DNA of 64,000 nucleotides from Candidatus Gottesmanbacteria bacterium (GTDB lineage Bacteria > Patescibacteriota > Microgenomatia > UBA10105 > UBA927), in the NCBI GenBank assembly GCA_963711735.1, contig CAVQFA010000005.1:71525-135524 (forward strand), read 5' to 3'. Shown here one piece after another: positions 1 through 9,045 of this stretch. Positions within the stretch are counted from its first letter, which is position 1, and each line of letters starts with the position of its first letter. Under the pieces are notes generated by a model that saw only the letters and a program-made list of their open reading frames with translations, did not search any database and was not told the origin of the DNA. The translations under genes and the position numbers were made by a program.

Positions 1-534
1 GCAAAGGAAGAGTCACGCGTTGGCGTATCGGAAGATATTATAGGTGTTATAAAACAACTCACTGAACCGATTCCCATGACCCCGGAATCGCGGAAAATCA
101 TTGCGGAAAAAAAGGAACAGTTATATCTGGTTTTGACTGACCCGTCATTCGTTCAACGGTTTGGATATGATTACACTGCAAAAGAACCAATAGAACGCAT
201 TTTTGAATATGACAGTCCGGATGATGAATTTGTTCTGGTGTCAGATGAAAAGGGTATTTGGATAGGTTTTGAAACATCAGATATTCAACCATGGGAAACA
301 ATGCTGGGAAACGCACTCGGAAGGGCACAGGAGCAGATGTTTGTCAGGGGGACTGATGGAAACGGTTTGGAAATTTGCATGTTACAGATTCCCCGGGATC
401 GTTTCAGCGAAGATTCCCTGTTTCCGGCTGAGCGGATGGTAGAATTAATTACACACCTGTCAGGTTTGATTGAGCCGGATATGCAAATCGAGGATTCTTT
501 ATACAACCGTAACGGAGCTGTGACTATCTATTAA
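1..534 (+). CDS. hypothetical protein, 5'-truncated by window edge
   Basis: The frame of ORF 76..534 is open back to position 1 (AKEESRVGVSED...). Confidence 0.6.
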   Translation, partial: AKEESRVGVSEDIIGVIKQLTEPIPMTPESRKIIAEKKEQLYLVLTDPSFVQRFGYDYTAKEPIERIFEYDSPDDEFVLVSDEKGIWIGFETSDIQPWETMLGNALGRAQEQMFVRGTDGNGLEICMLQIPRDRFSEDSLFPAERMVELITHLSGLIEPDMQIEDSLYNRNGAVTIY

Positions 535-538
535 CAAT

Positions 539-1003
539 ATGAATGCATTCAAAAAAGAAAACATACCTAGCGTCCCGTTGCAAATCAGCGCACTGGATAC
601 CCTCCGGGAATTAGGGTTGCCGATTAAACATTTACTTGAAATTCTTCATGAGACCGGTAAAAAGTGGACGGTATCCGGCGCACACGGAGATGATCCCTTA
701 GGAGAAACCGGCATGCCCGTCAGTTCGACCGGATATGACACAATTTGCATGATAGAAGGATTGGACGGATTGCACTCGGATGTCATGAAAGTGAGGTTAG
801 GGTATAAGATCTTACCGAGACCTCCGGGTGAAGACAGAGTTCCGGTTATTGTAGTTAAGGACACACTGGTATTTTTTGAGTATTTTGTGAGAAATAATAA
901 AAACAGAGATGTGTTCCGGCATATAGCTATCGTTCAGAGACCGGATAATGAACCTGAATGTATAGTAGACAGAAAAGAACCCATTGTACCGACGAGTCGA
1001 TAA
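539..1003 (+). CDS. hypothetical protein
   Basis: 154-aa ORF starting 4 nt after the previous stop; no motif recognised. Confidence 0.6.
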   Translation: MNAFKKENIPSVPLQISALDTLRELGLPIKHLLEILHETGKKWTVSGAHGDDPLGETGMPVSSTGYDTICMIEGLDGLHSDVMKVRLGYKILPRPPGEDRVPVIVVKDTLVFFEYFVRNNKNRDVFRHIAIVQRPDNEPECIVDRKEPIVPTSR

Positions 1004-1093
1004 TGGACATGATGATTGACAACATCTTCATCACCTCAATCCGGCAGAAAAAACATAATATTTCCTTGACAGAAAGCGTGTATTCCTCCTACG

Positions 1094-1603
1094 ATGTATG
1101 AAAGGGGGATGAATATGGCAAAAAAAACAACTGAGAAAACTACAGCGGCCGCATCAAAGGAAACATCAAAACCGGCAGAGGTTCAAATACCGCAAACTCC
1201 GCCACCTCCCTCTGCAAATGCTCCGCAGCCAACCGTCATAGTCACACAGGCTCCGGCTAAGTCATCCACCTCATCGTGTCTGACGAAAGGATGTATCGCA
1301 GGATGCGGGTGTCTCGTTTTTGTTGTGGTTCTATCGATAATAGTAGGTTTCGTCGGATACAGGGTGGCACGAAGTGCTGCAGAGAATGCAGTGTCAGGGG
1401 CCCCGAAGAGTAAAACCGGCATACCGGAACCGCTCCTTGATGTTGTTGATAAATTCATCGGGACAAATAAGGACGGACAGGAATTCATGAAATTTCTCCG
1501 CTACGGCCTTCCTGCGGACGGTACGGCCGGCATACCAACCGGTGGGATAGAAGGTTCGTCAGGAATCGAAGATTATCCGTCAGAGGAGACCGTGACACAG
1601 TAA
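1094..1603 (+). CDS. single-pass membrane protein with Pro-rich N-terminus and Cys/Gly-rich (GC..GCGC) TM segment
   Basis: PQTPPPPS stretch followed by CLTKGCIAGCGCLVFVVVLSIIVGFVGY; true start may be MAKK. Confidence 0.7.
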   Translation: MYERGMNMAKKTTEKTTAAASKETSKPAEVQIPQTPPPPSANAPQPTVIVTQAPAKSSTSSCLTKGCIAGCGCLVFVVVLSIIVGFVGYRVARSAAENAVSGAPKSKTGIPEPLLDVVDKFIGTNKDGQEFMKFLRYGLPADGTAGIPTGGIEGSSGIEDYPSEETVTQ

Positions 1604-1764
1604 GCTTCGTTAGAAAAAACAGGATGGGGGGAGAGTGTATAGTTTTAGGTAGGCTGATTTTATACCCCAAACAAAATCGAAGTACGGTTTTGAAACCGCT
1701 CCGATTAATTATCCAAAAGATATCAGAATGTATAAGAAATGGTCATTTTGATATAATGACCCAT

Positions 1765-2442
1765 ATGCCTACGATCGAACGACGGTGTCAATACCAGAAC
1801 ATTCAGGATTTTCATCCCGGCATTTCGGTAATATCCAATAAGGGGGATGAAATAGTCATAACTCCGGATGGAATAGAAATATTAAATAGAATATTTCAAA
1901 CATCGTATTTGAATCCTCAGTTATTAGAGGACATATGTGTTGAGTGCAGACTGTGTAGTCCTACGATTACGGAAAAGCAGGATACGGTAAGAATTCAAAG
2001 AAATGGTTATGAACCGGTATCACTCCTTGAATGTTGTGTTATGAAACCCTACGGAGCGCGTGAGCAGACAGGTGTTCGTCATCCGCGTGTGGCTGTTGTT
2101 GATGATTTTATGCCCGAATCTCTTGCGCGTTGGTTAGCAAATGAAGGGTATCCATCGGTTGCCTGCAAAGTAAATCCTGATATCAGGCCGTATGAGCATG
2201 AAGTTCAAATGCTTATCGAAATGATACAGGAACAGAAACCCAAAATAGTTATTATAGATAAAGGATTAGGGTACTTCGATACGAGGAAGATTATTCCGGC
2301 TCTTCGGGAGAATGGGATAATAGTAATACTATTTTCAGGTGAAACAGATGAAAACAGTGAAGTAGCAGTGCTTGCCGATGCGTTTGTTATGAAAATGAGA
2401 TCAGATGAAATTATTTCCGTAATCCAAAGATTCCCGGTTTAA
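1765..2442 (+). CDS. orphan protein with C-terminal response-regulator receiver-like domain
   Basis: RVAVVDD...IVIIDKGL...ILFSG...ADAFVMK matches REC landmarks; start placed at MPTIE downstream of a TATAAT. Confidence 0.55.
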   Translation: MPTIERRCQYQNIQDFHPGISVISNKGDEIVITPDGIEILNRIFQTSYLNPQLLEDICVECRLCSPTITEKQDTVRIQRNGYEPVSLLECCVMKPYGAREQTGVRHPRVAVVDDFMPESLARWLANEGYPSVACKVNPDIRPYEHEVQMLIEMIQEQKPKIVIIDKGLGYFDTRKIIPALRENGIIVILFSGETDENSEVAVLADAFVMKMRSDEIISVIQRFPV

Positions 2443-2472
2443 CACAATTGAGCGGTGAAAAGTTCGAATCAT

Positions 2473-2868
2473 TTACAATTCCTTTTCAATTCCGTGTCCC
2501 AGAAAACTTCTTTCAGACATTCTTATGCGTTTTTCCTGTTCCCACCACTCTTCGCGCGTGATCCATGGTCCTACCGTCGTAAGTATTCCGTTTGTTCCGA
2601 CATGAGCGATGGTCGTGACTATTTCAGGATCAAGTGGTACCCCTAATTCCTCACTTGCGCGTGTATCATGAAGAAGGAGCGTTGTAGTGGGTTCTGATGA
2701 AATTTCATCATTTATATGAGATCTTTGAATAACGGAAAGGACATGATACGTAACGTCATGAAGTATCCACGAACCTCCGACTAGGGGAAGTTGTTCGTTA
2801 TTTTCAGGTTTTTTTAGCCAAGACAAAAATGACATAGTATATACCGCGTTATCTATCCATTCATACAA
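2473..2868 (-). CDS. hypothetical protein
   Basis: 131-aa ORF; likely start MSFLSW. Confidence 0.5.
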   Translation of the reverse strand: MYEWIDNAVYTMSFLSWLKKPENNEQLPLVGGSWILHDVTYHVLSVIQRSHINDEISSEPTTTLLLHDTRASEELGVPLDPEIVTTIAHVGTNGILTTVGPWITREEWWEQEKRIRMSERSFLGHGIEKEL

Positions 2869-2958
2869 TCCATAGTTTTGGTAGGTATCAACGGCACAAA
2901 ATGATATTATATCATGATTTTGAACACTATTGAACCCGGGTGAACGTGCGGGATATTA

Positions 2959-3702
2959 TCATACGATCCTGTATTTTTTGTGGTAGAACAGGCGAAGTAA
3001 TATGCCGCTTATCCCGATGACTCCCGCATGCAGTCCGATGATGCCGGCAAGTATGATAGTAAGATATTTTATGATACTGTAAAATGTGGTATTGATATGG
3101 CCTGTAAGGTTGAATCGTACGCCTGATAAGTACAACGCTCCGATCACAAGAACAAGGAGAATGAGAACCGGCCACACACCCTTCATGTCCTCTGATGAAG
3201 AGAACATCGATGATGAAACAGATCCTATTCCATAGAGAGCGAAAACCAGCCCGACACTTGCAGGATGAAGAAGTACCGGTATTCCATCTTTCCACGGCAC
3301 CTGTCCGTAGAGGACCGGTACATACCATGCCAATGCAATTGTAGCGATGAGTCCGACGAGAAACGGCGCGAGGCCTATTGCCGCCCTCCGGAACGGTCCG
3401 GTTTTCGCAATCATGACGCTCCCTGCCGTGACCTCCTGCCTTGTCCCCGGTATAGGCTTTCCGCGGATCCATTCCGGTGAAAGTTCAAGTTTGCCGGTCC
3501 GGACGCCCAGGATTTCCGCGGTAAAAAGGTGAGACAGTTCATGGATAACGGTTCCGGGAAAAAGAAGAAGAGTTATGACCGCAATGCTTATACTATTGTT
3601 TCCCGTTACCAGAACAAGCATTGTATATAGTCCCTGCACGGACTTCCGGCTGAGGATATAGAGAAGAATACACTCGATAAGGATAAGAATTACGGATAAC
3701 AT
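2959..3702 (-). CDS. M50-like intramembrane zinc metalloprotease
   Basis: Multi-TM protein with PGTVIHELSH (HExxH), IGLAP and SSEDM motifs. Confidence 0.75.
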   Translation of the reverse strand: MLSVILILIECILLYILSRKSVQGLYTMLVLVTGNNSISIAVITLLLFPGTVIHELSHLFTAEILGVRTGKLELSPEWIRGKPIPGTRQEVTAGSVMIAKTGPFRRAAIGLAPFLVGLIATIALAWYVPVLYGQVPWKDGIPVLLHPASVGLVFALYGIGSVSSSMFSSSEDMKGVWPVLILLVLVIGALYLSGVRFNLTGHINTTFYSIIKYLTIILAGIIGLHAGVIGISGILLRLFYHKKYRIV

Positions 3703-3863
3703 GTATTTTCAGTATGACGCACTCCCGCACACAACCGCAAGCGTTTCCGGATAAACTTGGTTAGGTTGTACATTGTGTAGCACAATTGACAGTCGTACAT
3801 ATCACTTCACACGCAGTCGCTTTCCACACAATTTGGATATTTCAGTTTATAATAGGTATAGCT

Positions 3864-6800
3864 ATGAAAAAGGTTTGGCAGGTCATGTATAAAAGACCGG
3901 GATTTGTAATCCTTTGTATTATTCTTGCTGTCATAACCATCGTTAATATCAAACCCGGTTACTACCTCATAGGATGGGATAATTACTCTTCGTATTTCAA
4001 CCTTAAAACAAATATCTTCCGCACTTTTTTTTCCGTCTGGAGGGATTACCGGGGTTTTGGTGTCCCGTCTGATTCAGAAATAGTGGACTTGTTCCGGCAA
4101 CTCTTCTTTTATATATCATCTTTGTTTGTCCAAACACAGCTTCTCGATCAGCTGTATTTTCTGATCTGCCTGACAGCCGGAACGCTCATGATGTATTTTT
4201 TTACACGAAAAATACTAACGCTTGTCCGTCCGGAAATTGACCCTTTATTTCGTGAAATCGGTGCATTGTGCAGTGCGGTCTTTTATCTCTGTAATCTCAA
4301 TACGCTCGGTGCCTTCTATTTTCCGATTGTTACCTATAACACGCGGTACGTAGCCATACCGTTTATTTTCTGGTTTCTAACAACATACATATCAACGAAG
4401 CATTTATCGGGGAAAATGATAGTGATCATGCTGATAGGAACCATACTCACATCCGGGAGCTACATAACCGCGACAATCCTGATCACGACAGTACTTGCCC
4501 TCGGACTCTTCGGAATATTTTTACCCAGCGGTAAAAGAGTTATTCTTTTCTTTCTGATTTTTCTGTTCCTGAACTCATTCTGGCTTTTACCTTTTACAAA
4601 CTATACAGCAGAAAAATCGTCGCTTCTGCGTATTGCACCGACGTTTGTTGATGCAAATGAAACACAACTGAACAAACCAAAGTCATTTTACAGTTTCGCC
4701 AGGCAAAGCATCCTATACCCTAATTTTTTCGACACCAGGGCGAAAAAATTGGATACCAAAGAGGATATTCCGTTTCATCCTTTATCCCTTACTGTCACGC
4801 AACTCCCTGATAAGGCGGGAATTTATCTGTTTCCCATTTTGTACATTCTCGGTTCAATCGAGATAATTTTCGCATGGAAACGCTATCGGTATGCCGTATT
4901 TGCTCCTATATGTCTTTTCCTGTTTCTCATACTCAGCATGAAAGAATATTCACCCGTTGGATTTCTCTATACGCTTGCCGACAGGTATATCCCATACTTC
5001 GGGGTATTATTCCGGTTCGGAGACACTAAATTTCATGCGTATATGGCGTTTGCAGGAAGTGTTGCCGCAGGCATAGCTGTCGTTTGGTTTCTCCGGCATA
5101 TACGGATAATCGGGAAATCGACGCAAAAAATATTGATCCCGCTCGTATGCGTTGTACTGATAGCAGGCAGCATGTATCCGTACAGAAGCTACTTTACGGG
5201 GCATCTCATCGGACCGTTTATGTACAACAAAATTCCTGACGCATATTTCCGGCTTGCAGATGACATAAACAAAGATCCGGGGTATGGTCGTGTTCTTCAT
5301 TTGCCGTATGATAACAACGTCTATTGGCGGTCGTATTCATGGGGCGCGTTAGGTTCCGCTTTTCTTCAATATATGCTGGATAAACCGCTCATGGAAAAAA
5401 CATTTGAACCGGGAAGTATTGAGAACGCCGTATTTAACAGCACAGTAAGCAGTCTTATACAAAATAGTCAAAAGATTCCGAAGGGAGAATATACATTGGA
5501 ACGGGCACGTAAATTTTATACTATTTTGAAAACATCAGGTGTTTCATATATTATCCTCGATGAGTCTGTTTCCGCAGCTATCCCTTCACGCGGTGTGTAT
5601 TATTGGGGAAATTATTCTTATTACGATGCAAAGGCGCTTCTGGATATGCTTGTCACAAATAATTTTGCATCACTGACAAAGACGTACCCTGTCTCATATT
5701 TCACCAAGTCCACGGGAGGTTCATCTGTCGGGGAAATTTCGTTATCACCAACGAGCGCGTTTAATAGCCAAAAAACAGACTATATCTCGTTATACACACT
5801 TGCCAGAACCGACGCCCCTGTCAGTTTCGCATCAACTGTTTTATATACGGATCCGGAAGTAACGGATATTCAGGAGTTACCTGATGCTACACATACAATT
5901 CAAAGTACAACCGAAAAATCGATCATCCGTCCGTTTACGCGGAAAGACGGAACGGGTATACGGGATGGCAGCAACGTATCATTCCGGTATTCCGCACAAA
6001 TATTTCCCGTGCCGTATCGGATTGACATTCCTTCATCTGCAAATGAAGCCCTTATTGACGTAACGATTGCCAAAAATATATCTGCGTATACTATTTCGTT
6101 GTATCAGGTGTATACGCCCCTTATTAACGGTTATCAATGGAAAAAGAAGATAAAGGAAATATCCATACCGATGGGATCCTTGTCCAAATACACTCCTGAT
6201 TCCGTTCCGATAAGTTCATTCGCGTCCGATTGGAACATACTCGGCAATATGGATGTGGGGAATATGCGTATGGTACTTGAGGACACAGTTCTTCCTATTC
6301 CCGTTCCGGAGAGTTCAAAAGAATCTTTTGTCGGAAGCGTGCTTATCCGTACTCTCAATCCCCGGATCCGGATTCTTGCATTATCTGACAGGAGATCTGT
6401 CGATCCGAAGAATATTCAGCTAACCACTGAACCGAACTGTTTTGGCGATAAAATCAACGGATATTCGTATGCCTTCACGAATACAAATCAGGTCGAACTC
6501 ACAAGTCAAAATGGTTCTGCCTGCATTGCAGCGCAGCTGAAAGACATACTGGAAAAAGAAACAGGATACCTGGAGATAGGAACAATTATCCGGGGTACGA
6601 GTACGGATCTGGATGCACGTTACGGAAACGGCAGAGGCTCACCGATATTTTCAGCGCTTGGCAATAACCCGAAACCAAATACGGTATCCGTCTGTATAAC
6701 CGCACCTGGAGGTGATTCTGATTGTCTCAACAGACACCAGATACTTTCTATCGGTTCTTCCCAGTATGTACGCATACCAAGCGAATCACCGCTTCCTGCA

Positions 6801-7889
6801 GACCGTGACACTGCACTCGTTGTTGCGCTTAAAAATATCTCCTATCAGAAACAGTCCATGACGCTGGAGTCGGTCATGGTATATCAGTTCCGGGATATTC
6901 TGAGTGATGAACTGAAAATTTCTGATGTCCTCCCGGTTATGAACCTTCCATCCGCTAAGAATGAGAATACCCTTACGCTTTCCTGGAATGTACCGTTTTC
7001 ACCTTTGGCATATTATCATAATCCCGCATTTGACAGTTTTGCTCTCAGCAATAAGCCATGCGATATAGGATACCGTACTGTCCGTTTCATTCAGGACAAG
7101 CTGACACTTGGTGTGGACGACTGTTATAACGAACTATCCCAAACGCTGCCGTTTGACAGCAGCGCTTTCTCTGTATGGCTGGTAGGGTATAGTCTGGAGT
7201 CCGGAAAGTACCCGTTGTTTCTCCTGAAAGATAAGTATGGGACATACATGCAGGAATACCTTTCTCTCTATCAGGGATATCCCGATATTGCGGGGTTTAA
7301 ATCGCTTCACCCTGTGGAATCCAAAACTCCGGAGGCAATCATTCAGGGAATAGCATCATCTCCGGTGAAGTATACATATACCTCTCTTTATCCTCAGCCG
7401 GAGTTGTCTGACAGACAACCCAAGAATTATATTATTCATCAGGACAGCGAAAATGCCGGTTTATTTTCCATAGGTTCTTTTGACGTCATGGAGCTTCCCG
7501 CGTCCTGGTATGACCTCCGTCTTGTGCCGGACTTGGGAACACGGATATATCAACAACCCCGGTCATTTACATATAAACAGATATTGCCATCATTTTGGCG
7601 TATCGAGCCGGAAACAAACGGCACATCGCTTATGAAGCTCAATGTGGGGTATGACCGGCAGTGGGCGGTGTATGATAGCATTGCCGGAGTATTATTCGGA
7701 ATGGGTAAAGTTTATCCTCATTACAAGTGTGACGGGTATGCCAACTGTTTTGAAATTCCCAAATCAGGACCTGCGGCGTATTATGCCTTGTATACTCCGG
7801 AAAGGCTGAGTTTCTTGGGGTGGGGGATAACATGTATAACCGGAATTTTATTTATATACCGTGCGAAACGATCTTTACGGTCTTCGTAA
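3864..7889 (+). CDS. large membrane glycosyltransferase-like protein (GT-C / AftD/YfhO-like architecture)
   Basis: About 12 N-terminal TMs with GWD and FRFGDTKF loops, GRVLHLP motif, large extracellular region, C-terminal YDRQW..GYANCF and final TM. Confidence 0.6.
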   Translation: MKKVWQVMYKRPGFVILCIILAVITIVNIKPGYYLIGWDNYSSYFNLKTNIFRTFFSVWRDYRGFGVPSDSEIVDLFRQLFFYISSLFVQTQLLDQLYFLICLTAGTLMMYFFTRKILTLVRPEIDPLFREIGALCSAVFYLCNLNTLGAFYFPIVTYNTRYVAIPFIFWFLTTYISTKHLSGKMIVIMLIGTILTSGSYITATILITTVLALGLFGIFLPSGKRVILFFLIFLFLNSFWLLPFTNYTAEKSSLLRIAPTFVDANETQLNKPKSFYSFARQSILYPNFFDTRAKKLDTKEDIPFHPLSLTVTQLPDKAGIYLFPILYILGSIEIIFAWKRYRYAVFAPICLFLFLILSMKEYSPVGFLYTLADRYIPYFGVLFRFGDTKFHAYMAFAGSVAAGIAVVWFLRHIRIIGKSTQKILIPLVCVVLIAGSMYPYRSYFTGHLIGPFMYNKIPDAYFRLADDINKDPGYGRVLHLPYDNNVYWRSYSWGALGSAFLQYMLDKPLMEKTFEPGSIENAVFNSTVSSLIQNSQKIPKGEYTLERARKFYTILKTSGVSYIILDESVSAAIPSRGVYYWGNYSYYDAKALLDMLVTNNFASLTKTYPVSYFTKSTGGSSVGEISLSPTSAFNSQKTDYISLYTLARTDAPVSFASTVLYTDPEVTDIQELPDATHTIQSTTEKSIIRPFTRKDGTGIRDGSNVSFRYSAQIFPVPYRIDIPSSANEALIDVTIAKNISAYTISLYQVYTPLINGYQWKKKIKEISIPMGSLSKYTPDSVPISSFASDWNILGNMDVGNMRMVLEDTVLPIPVPESSKESFVGSVLIRTLNPRIRILALSDRRSVDPKNIQLTTEPNCFGDKINGYSYAFTNTNQVELTSQNGSACIAAQLKDILEKETGYLEIGTIIRGTSTDLDARYGNGRGSPIFSALGNNPKPNTVSVCITAPGGDSDCLNRHQILSIGSSQYVRIPSESPLPADRDTALVVALKNISYQKQSMTLESVMVYQFRDILSDELKISDVLPVMNLPSAKNENTLTLSWNVPFSPLAYYHNPAFDSFALSNKPCDIGYRTVRFIQDKLTLGVDDCYNELSQTLPFDSSAFSVWLVGYSLESGKYPLFLLKDKYGTYMQEYLSLYQGYPDIAGFKSLHPVESKTPEAIIQGIASSPVKYTYTSLYPQPELSDRQPKNYIIHQDSENAGLFSIGSFDVMELPASWYDLRLVPDLGTRIYQQPRSFTYKQILPSFWRIEPETNGTSLMKLNVGYDRQWAVYDSIAGVLFGMGKVYPHYKCDGYANCFEIPKSGPAAYYALYTPERLSFLGWGITCITGILFIYRAKRSLRSS

Positions 7890-8731
7890 TACGCAATTGC
7901 CCGTTTCATAAAACGGTACACGTTCCAGTTGAATTCAGGGGAAAAAAGTACGCCCGCTCCCAGCTGGATAATCCAGTATAACTGGATATACCATTGCGCA
8001 GGACCGATCATCTCGTGTGTCCACCGGTGCATCTGATACGTTTTTATTGCCAACCGGCGGAAAAATTTAACTGATGCTGCATTTTTGTGCCAACGGACTT
8101 CTACCATCGGGCGGCGTATATTTGCCAGTTTCCCCCGCATTCCCATACGGTACCAGAGTTGTGTATCATCAGCAGGCCAGAAGTACTGGTCATAACCTCC
8201 GGCATCAATTGCGACACTTTTGCGGTACATGACGGACGGATCTGCAAAAGGACTCACAATATACCAAAGTTTTTTTATCTCACGGTCATCATCGAGGAAC
8301 CGGACTATCTGAGTTTTTCCCGTATTGGTGAAAAGTTTAATGGATGATCCGACAGCAGTCACATCGGTGTGTTTTTCCAAGTACGCTATCTGTGTTTCGA
8401 GACGCTTCGGAAGCATCCGGTCGTCCTGATTGAGACGGCAGATGTATTCACCCTTTGCCTTTTTGAGAGCAAAATTTAACACCCGTCCCAACCCGCGGTT
8501 TCTGGGAAAGTCAAAGAATGTGATATTGGAATATTTTTTTTCCAGAGACTTGCAGAGCTCTTTGCTTTTATCTGTGGAACCGTCATTGATAAGGAGGATT
8601 TCAAACCGTTTGAATGTGCTTTTCTGGATCGACAGGACTGCTTCTTCCAGGTAAGCAGAACCGTTAAATACCGGAATGACGATAGAAACAACCGGTGTCG
8701 TGTTTATGGATTGATGCATTTGTTTTTTCAT
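7781..8731 (-). CDS. glycosyltransferase family 2
   Basis: VSIVIPVFN, INDGSTD, NRGLG, LNQDD motifs; overlaps the convergent gene by 109 bp. Confidence 0.9.
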   Translation of the reverse strand: MKKQMHQSINTTPVVSIVIPVFNGSAYLEEAVLSIQKSTFKRFEILLINDGSTDKSKELCKSLEKKYSNITFFDFPRNRGLGRVLNFALKKAKGEYICRLNQDDRMLPKRLETQIAYLEKHTDVTAVGSSIKLFTNTGKTQIVRFLDDDREIKKLWYIVSPFADPSVMYRKSVAIDAGGYDQYFWPADDTQLWYRMGMRGKLANIRRPMVEVRWHKNAASVKFFRRLAIKTYQMHRWTHEMIGPAQWYIQLYWIIQLGAGVLFSPEFNWNVYRFMKRAIAYYEDRKDRFARYINKIPVIHVIPHPKKLSLSGVYKA

Positions 8732-8743
8732 AGATATGTATGA

Positions 8744-8980
8744 TTATTTCAATCCTTTTTCTTTCAGGCATTTTTCATATCCGGTCTCATTCGGTTGGTT
8801 AACCTCAACACCGCTGGAATCAGTCCAGGACACCGTGGCATATTTTGCACACGCATCTATAGCCTGCATTTCGATGTAGCGGTCAACCTGGTGTGAGAAC
8901 ACGATACCGAGCCACAGGATGACCCCCGCGATGATTGCGGTATGAATATGTCCGGATATAAATGTATATACAGTTTTCAT
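8744..8980 (-). CDS. small membrane-anchored protein
   Basis: N-terminal TM, AIDAC...YEKCL Cys pair. Confidence 0.6.
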   Translation of the reverse strand: MKTVYTFISGHIHTAIIAGVILWLGIVFSHQVDRYIEMQAIDACAKYATVSWTDSSGVEVNQPNETGYEKCLKEKGLK

Positions 8981-9006
8981 ATATTTTCTCTATATTCAAC
9001 AGTTAA

Positions 9007-9045
9007 ATTCTTCTAGGCTCAAGAAGTGCTTAAGCCTACAAGAAT
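9007..9045 (-). terminator. hairpin immediately 3' of the long-range stem arm of module 1
   Basis: ATTCTTCTAGGCTCAAG..CTTAAGCCTACAAGAAT imperfect inverted repeat. Confidence 0.5.
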